In this document: piece after piece, positions 26,725 through 39,325 of the stretch
Layout of the letters: each line of letters starts with the position of its first letter
Numbering within the stretch: position 1 is the stretch's first letter
Assembly: GCA_030704615.1 (NCBI GenBank)
Contig: CM060733.1
Coordinates: forward strand, 61,070,001-61,134,000
Direction: 5' to 3'
Length of the DNA stretch: 64,000 bases
Source: Takakia lepidozioides
Lineage: Eukaryota; Plantae; Bryophyta
Made by a program: the position numbers and the translations under genes
Notes under the pieces: generated by a model
The model's database searches: none
Seen by the model: the letters and a program-made list of their open reading frames with translations, nothing else
Told to the model about the DNA's origin: nothing

Positions 26725-27034
26725 GCCTCTCATTTTAAGATAATAGGGTCTTCAATGGGCACGCGCGATGTGGCCGGTGGGCCCCGCGCACGGACGCCCG
26801 GCTCCCCAGCACCCCGCCCGCCGCTGCGCGCGGTCGCCTAGCCGCGGGCACGGCTGCAGCAACCGCGCCCGCGCCCCCGTCCGCCGCGCGGCCAGTCCCC
26901 CGCCCATGAGTCCGTTGCCCTCCAGTCTGCCCGCCAGTCCGCTGGCCAGTCCCCTGCCATCCAGTCCGTTGACGGCGCAGGATCGCCACCGTCCATTCCC
27001 ATAACCCATCCGAGCCCTCCATTTTTAGGGCTGC
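26725..27034 (+). repeat. Left TIR of the MULE (~310 bp, GC-rich)
   Basis: Reverse complement of 38910-39325, apart from extra repeat units in the right copy. Confidence 0.93.
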
Positions 27035-27751
27035 GAAAATGGCAATGATCTTCCCACCAAATCCCGGCCGCTCTCTTTTGACGGCTGTTTGTTGTCCGAT
27101 GTTGCGGTAGGCGTTTCCAGGCACGCGACCGTTCCTCTTTTGCGCGCGATGTTCATGATGATGATGAAGCATGTGCTTGAACATGAGAGGACTATCTGGG
27201 CACTACAGCCACCATCGTGCATATGCTTCCACTATTTTTGCCTTCTTGTTGTGCTTTCGGGAACCTTCGTTTTATGGTTTGGTTCTATGTCATAAATATG
27301 GAAAATGCAGACATCTGTCGTCGATAACGTCCTCTGCTTGTGATCCGTCATGCATCCCTCATGAGAGCCTTCACAAGTTTAGTTCGTTAAAGGAACCCAT
27401 GGGTAACATGGGCGCGAAAATGGTGGAAGCGTATGCACATGGGGGCGTGTATTGCAGATTTCGTATCGGACGATGGGACTGTTTATGTGACCAAGTATAG
27501 CGGCTTGCATCCGTCGTGCATAAGTTGTGGAAAAGGGTAGAGAATCTGAAGAAACCCAGCTTTGTGATGGATCCACATGGTATTATATAAAGGATGGCAG
27601 CACAAAAAAGCAATTCGAGTCGTCACGGAACACCATCCAGTCGTAAGGTCCTCAAACATCCACACGCACCTGCTGAATGCAGATGTCTGAGCCACGACGG
27701 GAGATGTCTGAGACAATTGCATCTGCAAATGCGCGTGGATGTTTGAGGTCC

Positions 27752-28393
27752 GTTGTGTCGCGAGTCTGTTCACAGTGGGTCCGCTGGCCCGTCAGTGCTC
27801 CGGATATTCCCCTTATCGCGTGCATAACAATCAGTTTGGAGGCGGTCTGCTGGAAGTCCGTCTGTTGGGATATCAGTCTGTTGCACTTATGAATTTGTCA
27901 GTCTGTTGTGTCGGAAGTCTGTTGCACTAAGTCTGTTTGACTTCTTATTTTCCCTCCGGTCAGTCTTTTGGCTTGTTCTCCCGCCAGTCTGGCGAAACGT
28001 CCGTCTGCTGGACAGTTCTCCTCTATGGATATCAATATGTTGGACTGTGCATGCATCAGTCTGTTGTGTCGCGAGTCTGTTCACAGTGGGTCCGCTGGCC
28101 CGTCAGTGCTCTGGATATTCCCCTTATCGCGTGCATAACAGTCAGTTTGGAGGCGGTCTGCTGGAAGTCCCTCTGTTGGGATATCAGTCTGTTGCACTTG
28201 TGAATTTGTCAGTCTGTTGTGTCAGAAGTCTGTTGTACTAAGTCTGTTTGACTTCTTATTTTCCCTCCGGTCAGTCTTTTGGCTTGTTCTCCCGCCAGTC
28301 TGGCGAAACGTCCGTCTGCTGGACAGTTCTCCTCTATGGATATCAGTCTGTTGGACTGTGCATGCATCAGTTTGTTGTGCCGTGAGTCTGTTC
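27752..28393. repeat. 311-bp tandem duplication (2 copies plus a short third start) inside the MULE
   Basis: gttgtgtcgcgagtctgttcacagtggg starts at 27752 and 28063, with a partial start at 28374. The copies are near identical. Confidence 0.9.
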
Positions 28394-29019
28394 GCAATGG
28401 GTGTGTTCGACTTTCCTGTTCTCCCCTTACTCTCTTTTGTCTTCATTCCGCTAGCAGGGAAGTGCCTCCAATATGAAGCCGCTTCGCCAGCAAAGCGAAT
28501 AATCCGCTGGATTGGCGGTCCGGTGGACTCTCGGCCCGATGGGAAATGAGTCTGCTGCACTTGCGAGGAGCGTGGATGAATTAAGTACGATCCGTTCGTT
28601 CGGTGGACGTATTCAATGCGATGACGGCGGATAGTTGGCGCCTGTGAAATCGCGCCACGTTGGCAGTGCCATGCCCGCTTTCCCCCTTCTACTTCTACTT
28701 TCTCCATTCTCTTCGCGCCTGTTTCTTCGCACAGTTTTGCACTGCTTTGTTTTCCTCTTTGTGTTTCCATCACCGTAACGAAAGACGACCTTCTTCCCTA
28801 GGTGTGGAGAGTCGCGGTGAGCCGCGAAGCGTCGCAAACACGCTCGCCTTCGTAACAACTCGAAGTTCATCGGCTCGGTGAGGTTCTCACTTGTTGTGGT
28901 GTTTCCATTCCATTCTGTGTCCTGTTCTTGCTTAGGGTGAGTCTTTTCATAGGACTTCTATCTGTCGCTCTGTCGCTCTGTCGCTCATTGTCCTTGCACC
29001 TTTGTTTCATTCTGCAGCG

Positions 29020-32000
29020 ATGGAGGATGCTTGTGAAAAAGGTGGAGCGGACTGGTTGGATTTTGTGCACCAAACCAGATTGAAGAAAGAGCGAAGGTAC
29101 TGGTACTCACCAGACGAGTTTGATCATAAAATAGTGGAAGCATTTGTAGACCTCCGCGCCCGGAAGCCCAAAAACTCGAATTGGCAGAAGGACAAGCTCT
29201 TCTGTCCCTTCTATGAAGAGGTAATCAAGGACAAAATCCAACTAAATCGGCATTGTGTTGACACGGGTTGCAAGGAGACTGTTGCACTGATTCCACGGGA
29301 TTTCAAGCCTTGGCCGATACTGAAAGAAATGTCGATTGTCAAAGAGGCCACAATGCGCTTGCGCGGATCAGTGCTTGACCCCCGCACTTTGGAATTAGAC
29401 GAAGTGCGCGCACGGTATGGCGTCCATTGTGGTGGCCCGTCAATGGAGGATTTGCAAGTGCAGGGAACGCTGGACGCTCCCAGAAAACGTAAACTGAGTG
29501 ATGGGGCCCAAAAAAAGGAGAGGCAAAAAAAGGAGAAGGCTGCAAGGTCTGCTCGCGAGGCAAGTGCAAAATCCACTCAACAGACTGAACCCCGTCCTGG
29601 GCGGCAGACCCACACCATCAGTACTGATACTGAAAGTGAATCTGCTCAGGGCCTGGAAGGGGTGACAAGTCCAGTGGACATTGACTTGCTTGACCAGACT
29701 CGGCAGCAGACTCACACAAATATTGCGACCCATGCCATCGGTTTAGGGTCAAAACCAAAAACTCAACAGAGCACTGAAGGGCCAGTCTGCCCTGGCACAT
29801 TGCGCCTCGTTGACTTTGGGCTTTTCCCACCAGAGTGCCCACCAATTGGGGATCCAGACTTCTTCCGTTATTTCTACAGAGTTGCCCAGTCAGGTCTGCT
29901 ACGCACATTAATCCGACAGACGAAACAGAATTGGTTGAACAGCTTTGAAGATGAAGATGACGATGATGAAGTAGAGGAGGTAATGGTCAGTCTGACCGCC
30001 CAGTCTGTTCTTTGTGCTGTTTGAGTCCATCATCGCGGTCACGTTGCTTATTCAGTCTAGTCAGTCCCCTGCGTTCTCTCTTCAGTCCGCTGGCTCAGTC
30101 CATTCGTCAGTTAGTCTGTTTTATATCGCTGCATTACTTACTGAGTCCGTTTGTCAGTCCGCTGGTCCAGTCCACTGGTATAGTCTACTAGTTGCCTCCA
30201 CCCTACGTACGCATGTTACAGTCTGCTGGCCTGTGAGTCCAGTCCGCTGTGCATGAGGTGAATATAGAGTCCACGTCCATGTTCCTGACGTCGAAGTTCT
30301 CTGCCGTGTACCAGGATGAACGTGTTTATATTCGTAGGGCCATTCAGGCTTGGCGGATACCTAGCAATGATGCTCCTTTACAAGCGACTGCAATGCGTGC
30401 GGAAGTGGACCGCGTGTGAGAGTACATATTATTGAAGTATCCTGGGTCATCTGCTGCTATAGCGGCATTACAAATTGAAGATGCGTCGGGGGGGGGAATG
30501 TGTCTGGGACAACCGAGTCTGCCATCCAGCAGACTCCCATTCAGCAGGCTGTCATCCAGCAGACTCCCGTTCAGCAGCCTGTCATCCAGCAGATTCCAAC
30601 AGAGCAGACTCCCAACGAGCAGCCTGTCATCCTGCAGACTCCTCTCCAGGAGCCCATCATGCAGCCCATGCCAATAGGAAGTCATGTCATCCAACAAACT
30701 GCGGACCAGCAGACTGCCTTTCTCTCACATAGCACGGCGTTTTTTGCAGTTTGGCAATCGCCATCACCGGTAATTCGACCCGGAGCTGAAGACCTCACAT
30801 TTCCCCGGCTTAGGGTGGGAGAAATTAATCCCCATTTGGATTGGCATAATGAGCTCCACCGGATTGTTGCGGACCGCCGGTGGTCATTTGTACCCTTTCA
30901 TTATTCCATGGAGTTTTCTATTGAGGAAGCCAACCATGTTCTAGAAGTCGTCTCTGCTGTTGCCATTGAAGCCACAAGCGATCAAAATGCGCCGCCTCTA
31001 CTTGTGCAGCTGATTCTCATGGATGACCCACGGCCTGAAGACCTCAGACATATGCCTATGGCACATCCAACCTTTGGGGTGCGAAGAAAGCACTTGTTCG
31101 GATTGACTGAGGAGGACTTTGAGCGCATGGCAGCTTCCTTCCTACAACACGATGGATGCAATTTGGCAATTTCCGCTCATACAACAAGTTGATGAAGGAT
31201 CTGCATAGTTTGAGGATGGACTTACTCCATGGAACAGACCATTCATAGAAGTTTGTGGTGGATGACGCATTGCACTGGTTTGCATTGGTGATGGAGCGAG
31301 CAGTATTCGACATTGTTTTGCAGAATCCCAATGTCTTCAAAGTCCTGTGGTGTGGGATCCCAACTGAAGACTGCATCGGCGCCATTGCTCATCTCGATGG
31401 AGCATGCCTATGCCGGCAAATCAAGGACATTGGCCTCGTCGGAAATCTCTTGGAAGGTAAAATATTATGGGCAACTTTCGTGTTTCAGCTCAATTTCTTT
31501 TGCCAATTTTTTTATAAGTTCACATTTGCATAAACATGTGTTGCAGGGCGAGTTGATCTGGGAGACAAGCAAGTGCAGGCTGATTTCGACTCTTTTGCCA
31601 GAGGTGCAAGGGACCTTGTCCTGGCTTTACAAGGAGTTCGGGAGACTGTCCAGCAGACTAGCCACAAGAATGTCGAACAACATATTCCCCGCGACATTGT
31701 GGGCAGACTGCCCAAGTGCTGGAGACCGAACATGTGCACCAGACCGTCCCGGGTAATAGGCCGGATCACTCCCAGCAGACTGCCCCACACACACATACTC
31801 AGTATGTGCAAACAATACTGAGCGGGCAGCGAACTTTGCAGACTTTGCAGCAGACCGGAGAACAGACCGGCCAACAGACTGCCCCTCAGCCGACTGTGCA
31901 ACAGACCAGCGAACATAGCCACCAGACTGCCCCTCAGCAAACTGTACAGCAGACCGTGCAGCAAACCGACGAATCCAGCCAGTAGATTGCCGCTCAGCAG

Positions 32001-34686
32001 ACCGTGCAGCACACCGACGAATCCAGCCAGCAGATTGCCCCTCAGCAGACTGTGCAGCACACTGGCGAACCCACTCACCAGATGGCCGAGCAGACTATCC
32101 AGGAGACTAACAGCCAGTCTGTTCCCTGGATTGTGCAACAGACTCGGATGCACTGGCCTCACCGGGACCCTGTGGACGAATTTATGCTGAGTTCCCAACA
32201 ACATGTTTTTAGATCTGCCAGTATGAGTTTTTGACCGAGTCCACTTTCCCCCAGGCACATTCACTGACGACGTCATCAGGTCACCGGTAAAGCATTCTTA
32301 TCCAGCTCCCCGTGCCCTGCCTTCTATGACCTTCCAGGTTAGTCCCGTTTTCGTGCGCTCAGTGGCGAAAGCCATAGATGAGTCTTACGTGATGACCGAA
32401 CTCAATCTGGGAACGCAAAACCGTATCATAGATCTTACAGAAGAGTCTGAGGAAGCAATTGCCAGTGGGTCTTCCATACATGTTCTTGATGTTTCCCAAG
32501 TCCATGGAGATCCGAACACCCAGCCGGCTGTCCACCAGACTGACCAGCACACTGAACAGTGGACACATGGAAGGACTGCCGAGCAACCTGTGGCGGGGCA
32601 GCATACTGTCTTCATTGATGAGCAGACCGAACCGCAGACTAACCAGCAGACTGCACAGGTCACAGATGGAAGGACTGACCAAGATGGCTCGGAGCGGCAG
32701 ACTGCACAGCTTAGCTCTGACTGCACAGTTCAGATTGCACGGCCTGACCAGCACACTGCACACTTCACAGAGGGAAGGACTGACGACCAACCTGCCACCG
32801 AGCACATTGCCCACATTGAGGAAGAGACTGAACCGCAGAGTTGCCAGCAGACTGCACAGTTCACAGACGAAAGGACTGACGAAGAACCGGCGGCCGAGCA
32901 GACTGCCCACATTGAGCAACAGACTGAACATGCTGGCAGGCACACTGACAAGGAACCACATGCGGCGCAGACACCGTCTGGTATAGCGCTGGATTACATG
33001 GAGTCTGCTCCCTCACCCCTTGGGCAGGTTGTGCCATTTCCTCTTTCAGCACTGTTGTTTATGTTTTAGCACATTGTGAAATTGGGCTAATTCGACATTT
33101 TGCTCGGTATCCTCACAGGATGTTCGTCCCTCCGTCGGCAGACTGTCTACTTCTAAGGACATGATATCTTCCGCCCATGCTGCAAACGTGGGATCGACAA
33201 CCATCAAAGGTGTGGAGGTGACCAGCGTTGCGTTTGTCTGCTCTATCCAGCCCGCCTACAGCTGTCCCTGCTTCCCAGGGGAGAGGCAAAGCCAAGAAGC
33301 GGACTGTCGTGGACCATGCTGAGGAGGTCGAGGAGGGTCCGAGTACCAAGAGACCGGCGAAGAAAAAGTCTGGCGTCTTTATGAACAAGAACCGCAAGCT
33401 GGCCTTGGACATGGACAAAGATGTGGGTCGTTTCCTGGAGCAGCACAGGTGAGTACTGTGCTCAGTCTCCTCGTCTGTCTTTGTCGTTAAGTGCTTTGCG
33501 CTCTGTTGTGGTCAGTCTGCACGCTGGTCAGTCTGCTGCTGGTTTCATCATTGTCTGTTGTGGTTAGTCTTGTCAGTCTGATGAATTGTTCAGCCTGTAG
33601 AGTGTTTGGTACCATGTTGACGTCAGTCTGTTCAGTACATGAGGCTTCCCGAAGGATGGTCTGCTCTGTGCAGGATGGGTGCTCGGTTTGGCAAAGCACA
33701 TGCTCTGCACGTGAAGGCGGGTAATTCCATGCTGATGTTTTTTGAAGGGGACCCACGGTTTGAATGCGGACTGTCGCCGGATGACATAAAGGCGGTCCAG
33801 AAGGTTGAGTCGGAGTGCACAGATAGACTCCTGGAGCTGTGGTGTCGATTCTATGAGAAGTCGGTTGAGGCTGCGTTCACCAACACTATTGCTGTTCTTC
33901 CAACGTCGACGTGGACGGTGTTGAAGTCATTGGGGGTGGGGCAACATGAAAGCCTTTGGAGGTCTTGAAAGGTTGCCTCAGCACTGAACGACTGGGCAAG
34001 GACTTGAAAGAGTGCGATTTCATTTTGGTGCCAATTGGGGACGAGTAAGAACTCTTCTGAGTCTGCTGAGACTGTCTCCTGAGTCATAGTCTGGTTTCGC
34101 AGTGTCGTCTTGACTCTGAGCGATTAAGTTGACCTCTGTATTTGTGCAGTGGACTGGGTTTGAAGATTGAGTCTGCTGAGTGGTCGGTCTGCTGAGTGTC
34201 AGTCTGCTGAGTCTGCCCATCATGATTGTGCAATGACGCCATGTTGTTTGATACCATTGCAGGGGGCACTGGAGTGTTTGTATCATCGACCTCCGCAAGG
34301 GCTGTTACACTCACCTGAACTCTATCAGGGACTTGCATAAATGTCCCTTTGTTCTAGGGTGGATTCGGAAGCTTCATGCGCAGTGCTTAGGGTACTCGAT
34401 GGACTCACCAGAGTGGCATGAGATTGTCCAAGCATTTCAGTTCCACGCGCCTGATGTGCCCCAGCAACCATTCAGCTGGGAGTGTGGCTTTTACGTCATG
34501 TCATTCATTCAAGTGTTTTATGAGTGGGTAAAAGTCAGAGCAAATGTCTCCAAGACTGCAAAGCCAGAGAGAGGAACACCTTTCACGAAGGACTGGTTTT
34601 CTTTCAAGTTTGCACTTGGGCAGCGAATGCAGTGTGCCCAGTATATCGTGCGGGGGTTGGACAATGTAGAGAAACTGCTCTCATGA
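29020..34686 (+). pseudogene. MULE accessory gene: long Q/T-rich protein with C-terminal Ulp1/C48 protease domain (disrupted)
   Basis: Approximate exons 29020-29979, 30315-31456, 31547-33027, 33119-33448, 33634-34044, 34263-34686. DFILVPIGDE|GHWSVCIIDL...HLNS...VPQQPFSWECGFYV is a C48 catalytic core. In-frame stops (TGA ~30417, CAG>TAG ~31983) and frameshifts (~30490, ~33955) are present. May be more than one gene. Confidence 0.75.
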
Positions 34687-35184
34687 GTATGATGTACTTG
34701 TCCTGTGAAGTCTATGTACCGAAATAAAAAATGCGAGTCTTTTCGCTTACTATTCCAGTGGTGATGAGCACTTTTGTGTACTGTGGGTGCTGGCATGTTT
34801 TGTAATGTTGTCACTAAACTCAATGGACACAATGGTGTCAATTTTTCCATGCACTGTGCACCCGAGTCTGCTGAGCTTGAATGTGCGAGCAGTACGCTGC
34901 CGAGGCTAGGACTGCTGGGTCTGGTACCTAGTCTGGGAGGCACCATGTCCATGAGTCCGCTGGGACGCTGGATTGGCATAAGTTGCAGGGATGAGGTGGA
35001 AGTGTGGTGAGCAGAGTTTTGGAGTGGGCAGCAGACTGACCAGCAGACTGGCTTACTGGCGCTCGCAGTCTGTTGACTGTGACTCTGTTGGGAGACTGTG
35101 CGTGAGTCCGTTGGGAGACTATGCTTGGGAGACTGTGCATTAGTCCATTGCGGACTTGTATTTCAGAAAGGGACAATGCTACCA

Positions 35185-35440
35185 GAAGAATTGCAGACTT
35201 ATATTGTCTTTTTTGTGACACGTACACGACATGAAACCTTGTCTCTTTTCGAGGAATTGCAGACTTATATTGTCTTCTTCGTGACACCTACACGACATGA
35301 AACCTTGTCTCTTTTCGAGGAATTGCAGACTTATATTGTCTTCTCCGTGACACCTACACGACGTGAAACCTTGTCTCTTTTCGAGGCATTGCAGACTTAT
35401 ATTGTCTTCTTCGTGACATCTACACGACCTGAAACCTTGC
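35185..35440. repeat. 66-bp tandem repeat x4 between the 3' ends of the two MULE genes
   Basis: gaattgcagacttatattgtc recurs at 35188, 35254, 35320 and 35386 (last copy gcattgc...). Confidence 0.92.
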
Positions 35441-38400
35441 GAATTTTCGAGTATATATGTGCTGCAGGTGCAGGTGCAGACACCCTCTTGCTGGTTCTCC
35501 GCAAAACCCTAGGCCGGGTTTTCCAGGCCTCCACGAAATCTCGTCTCCTTTTCAGAGACATGTTGTTGTTGTCGTTCAGAGGACGGAAAGCCTTCGCTGC
35601 CGCAGGGTGCAACATTCCAGCCGCACTTTTCGCCAGGATATCAACGAGCTGCCCTCTGCACATATGAAGAGCAGATCGGGCATGTGCCTCCAGGTATTTG
35701 TCATCACCTACAATGCGAAGTATGTCCGCGAATTCTTGTTCCAATGAGGCTGAGACCTCCAGAGGTGCCTCGTCGTAGGGGAAGTCGTCCGGAGGATGTC
35801 TTTCCATGAACTGATTGGATTCGTCGTTGCCGCCGGCACCATTGCCCAAGAGCAAGTTAGGTAATCCTCCATGAATGGTTCCAGCGCCGTGCCACAAGCG
35901 CGCACAAGGAGGCCATCCTGCAGGTCAGGGTGAAGCATCTTCAGGACACGGACCTGATGCTTGCATAAGTTTCCCTTCATTGCCCATGGGCACGTGCAAC
36001 AACCCCAATCGCAATCAGGATTGTAAACAATGTATGTTGTGCCGGGGTGGTTGCTGCTGAGAACGTAGGCTGGTTCACCAGGACCCAAGGAAAGAGTAAC
36101 ACTCTCAGCAGGAATGTCTCGTGCCGCAAGTATAGAACTGGATATGTACTTTTCGTGTTTGTCATTTCTTATGAACCCGTGGGTCTTCAAATGGATTGCG
36201 TACCAGTAGTGTGTTAGCACACGGCCAGTGAGTTCCCATATAAGCCAGTCCACTCTACGACCACTCATCTTGCCTTTCCCCATGGCAAGTCTTGCCTTCA
36301 GATTTCCATGGTATGCCTCAATGCTTGCGTTTGTGTCTTGGCTCGCATGAGGGACATGGCGGGCTGCTGTACACCACATTGCTATTTTGGGCTTCCAGTA
36401 CTGTTCGATATAGTCAAGAAATTCATGTCCTTTTGGGTATTTTGACCTCATACGACGGATTCTCCTTGCAACCCACCGAAGCGCTCTTTTCTCGTTGCGT
36501 GGTTCCCCTCTACAGTACATGAGGTCTCCCATATCCTTCAACAAGTTTACAGCGGTCACCGGATCCTTCGTTTTCTTGCATGATTGCTTCACCCATGCCT
36601 TGCGGACATGCCAAAGGCAGAGGAAAATGAGTACTCCTTCAAAAACAATTCTGCACAACACACATGGTACACATTAGAGTCTTGGGATCGGACTGCAATG
36701 GTGGACTGCCGGAGTGGACTGTAACAGCGACCTGTATCAGCGGGCAGAGCCACTGGACTCGCCAGTGGACAGTACAATGCCATGACGTTGATGTGCTGGA
36801 ATAACCCCATTGGACTACCCAGTGGACTTCCCCATTGGACTTCCCCTAGCTAGGACTGGGGCAGCGGACTGCCGAGCGGACTTGCCAGGGACTGCCGAGT
36901 GGACTTGGCAGCGGACGGCCGACCCCAGGGACTGCTGAGTGGACTTGGCAGCGGACTGCCGAGCGGACTTGCCGGGGACTGCCAGCGGACTTGCCAGGGG
37001 ACTGATGACCGGACTTGACAGCGGACTACCAGTGGATTTGCCCAGCGAACTGCCATCGGGTTTCGCCACAGGAGTCTGCCAGTGGACTGTAGCAATGGAC
37101 TGCTGCAGTGGACCTCGACAATGGACCGGTGCTGTGGACCAACAGACTTACCGAATAGCGTTGATTTCTGCTTCGGCATCGTCCACAATGAAGGCATTGG
37201 GTCGCCAGCTCGGCAAATCTGCGAGGAGTGAATCGCGCAAGGCTCTCATCCACGGAACCAGGTCTCTTGTCCGATTCCTCGCGGATAGGATATAGGCAAC
37301 TGGTATACCGTTCAACCACTCGTCGAAGACCATCAACGTGTACAATGGGAACTGTTGGAATGCACAATGTAAGATGGTCAGAGCATGCAAATTCCGCTCA
37401 GTTCTGCACGAGAAGACTTCATAAGAGTGATGAGGTCTGTAGCGGTTCACAATGGGTCTGCCTCTCGGTCTTCCGCAACGTACACAACCCTAAACATACA
37501 GAAAGGGTCAGCACACCAAATATTATGTGAATGTTGCATGGTACTATGCTATCATGCTCGTACAAGTCCATGGAATCGTTCGAATAGTACCTTGTCATGA
37601 TTTGTCCCAAAGGTTGCATCACATGCAACGATACGGTCATGTCCTAGTTCCAGCATTCGTCGTTTCTGCCACGGAGTCTGTATGCCAATAGTGAATGTCA
37701 AATCTCCATCAAAATGCTCGAATGTTGGCTCTAATTTCTCCTCTTGATAGAAAAAAACGGACGCAGGATTCTGGTCTCTCCACATGCGCACACTCTCTGC
37801 ATCATCGGCGTGCTTTTTGAAGGTTTGCCACGCACGTTTCTCGGCAAGGTTGCGAACATCTTGCTCCAACAAGAAATCATCGCGGGTCCATGCATCGCCC
37901 AAGCCGGTGTTGTTCATCACGTGCTCTTTATGCTCCATCATGATTTGGGCGACCGACAGGCCTCGGCACAAACACTCGACGACCCAGGCTTTCAATTCCT
38001 CGCTAATGTGTGGTGCATAGGCGTGGCGGGTGTTCCTGAACTCTGCGGACTTCCCATGCGAGGGTTTCCCTTGCGCATCTGTATGCTCCATTTGTTGTAG
38101 TACGTGAGGACACAGATGTCAGGGGCGAGATAGCATTGCTGGACCTTGAAACAACATTGGCAACCACGTTTGTAAGACTCTCCATACTCCGACTTCTTTC
38201 TCCTTGGGCCTTTATGAGGGCAAGATGTTCCAGCACCCACAAGAGGTCCTCCACGCTTCTGTTTTGGATCCTCCACTATTGCCTTGTTGGTGCGCTTGTC
38301 ATCAGGACCGTAGCAGCATTGATACCTGGACAGAAAATTCTAAAATCGATATCCAACGACTTGAGGAAGCATAAAATCAGAGAACTCGTGAAACAAAAAA

Positions 38401-38690
38401 TGACAACAAACATGCAATGAAACGTAAAAAAGACTGAGGATGGTGCACACATAATACTGGACAGAAATGTGTTGGCTCTGGGTGCTTTTCGCGAGCCGGG
38501 TTCCACTTTAGAATGGACATTCACCCAAAACTGAGTGGGATAGTCCTCCAAACTCTCCTCTCCCAAGACGAAGTCACCAACTCTATCCCAAGGTATGCAG
38601 GCCTTTTCAACATTCACTCATAAATCCATATTGCGTCTCACTCTTCCAATGGAGATCATTCCTGTTGAAGGGTCCTGGTTTTGCTGTTTG
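35397..38690 (-). pseudogene. MULE DDE transposase with SWIM zinc finger; exons ~38690-38451, 38325-37591, 37351-37152, 36650-~35397 (frameshifted)
   Basis: IPWDRVGDFVLGEE, YQCCYGPDD, KRGCQCCF, ACDATFGTN (D1), FIVDDAEAE (D2), LCLWHVRKAW, DTNASIEAYH (E), SWIM CTCPWAMKGNLCKH. Frameshifts near 38620, 38092 and 35890. Start codon uncertain. Confidence 0.88.
36690..37140. repeat. GGACT/CAGCGGACTGCC micro-repeat array in transposase intron 3
   Basis: Dozens of (A)GTGGACT / GCGGACT units, related to the repeat units in the TIRs. Confidence 0.85.
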
Positions 38691-38909
38691 CAAACATTGT
38701 CGAAGAGGCCGTATAAGCGGGCTTTCCGTGATCAGTATATCATCGGGTTTTGCTTCCACGTCCATGCCCTATACAGTACAAAGGACACGCTTCTGAACAT
38801 GCAAGAAACGCGCCGCAGTACAAGACACGATCGACAACGTGCCAGGAGAACAGTGCGCACGTTCGCGGCTGCTGGCAAGTGGCAGGCGGCAGGGATGCAG
38901 GTTTGAATT

Positions 38910-39325
38910 GCAGCCCTAAAAATGGAGGGCTCGGATGGGTTATAGGAATGGACGGTGGCGATCCTGCGCTGTCAGCGGACTGGATGGCAAGGGACTGGCG
39001 GGCAGATTGGCGGACTGGCAGACTGCTGGGCAGCGGACTGGCCAGCACCGGACTGGCGGGCAGACTGGCGGACTACTGCTGGGCAGCCGACTGGCCAGCA
39101 CCGGACTGGCAGACTGGAGGGCAGCGGACTCATGGGCGGGGGACTGGCCGCGCGGCGGACAGGGGCGCGGGCGCGGTTGCTGCAGCCGCGCCCGCGGCTA
39201 GGCGACCGCGCGCAGCGGCGGGCGGGGCGGGGGGGGGGTGTTGGGGAGCCGGGCGTCCGTGCGCGGGGCCCACCGGCCACATCGCACGTGCCCATTGAAG
39301 ACCCTATTATCTTAAAATGAGAGGC
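38910..39325 (-). repeat. Right TIR of the MULE (~415 bp)
   Basis: Inverted copy of the left TIR, expanded by extra GACTGGC-based units at ~39010-39110. Confidence 0.93.

Larger units (their letters stand above)
26725..39325. mobile_element. Full-length Mutator-like element (MULE), 12,601 bp, carrying transposase and Ulp1 genes
   Basis: Long TIRs starting GCCTCTCATTTTAAGATAATAGGG. Perfect 9-bp TSD GTCTGTGGC (26716-26724, 39326-39334). G...C ends. Two convergent genes inside. Confidence 0.95.

Noticed and set aside
35185-35440. CRISPR-like array (also the ~30-bp array at 26166-26280)
   Set aside because: Contiguous tandem units without unique spacers, no cas genes, eukaryotic context.
38740-39320. 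GC-rich ORFs in the TIRs (also 26735-27184)
   Set aside because: Low-complexity translation of non-coding inverted repeats, open in several frames.
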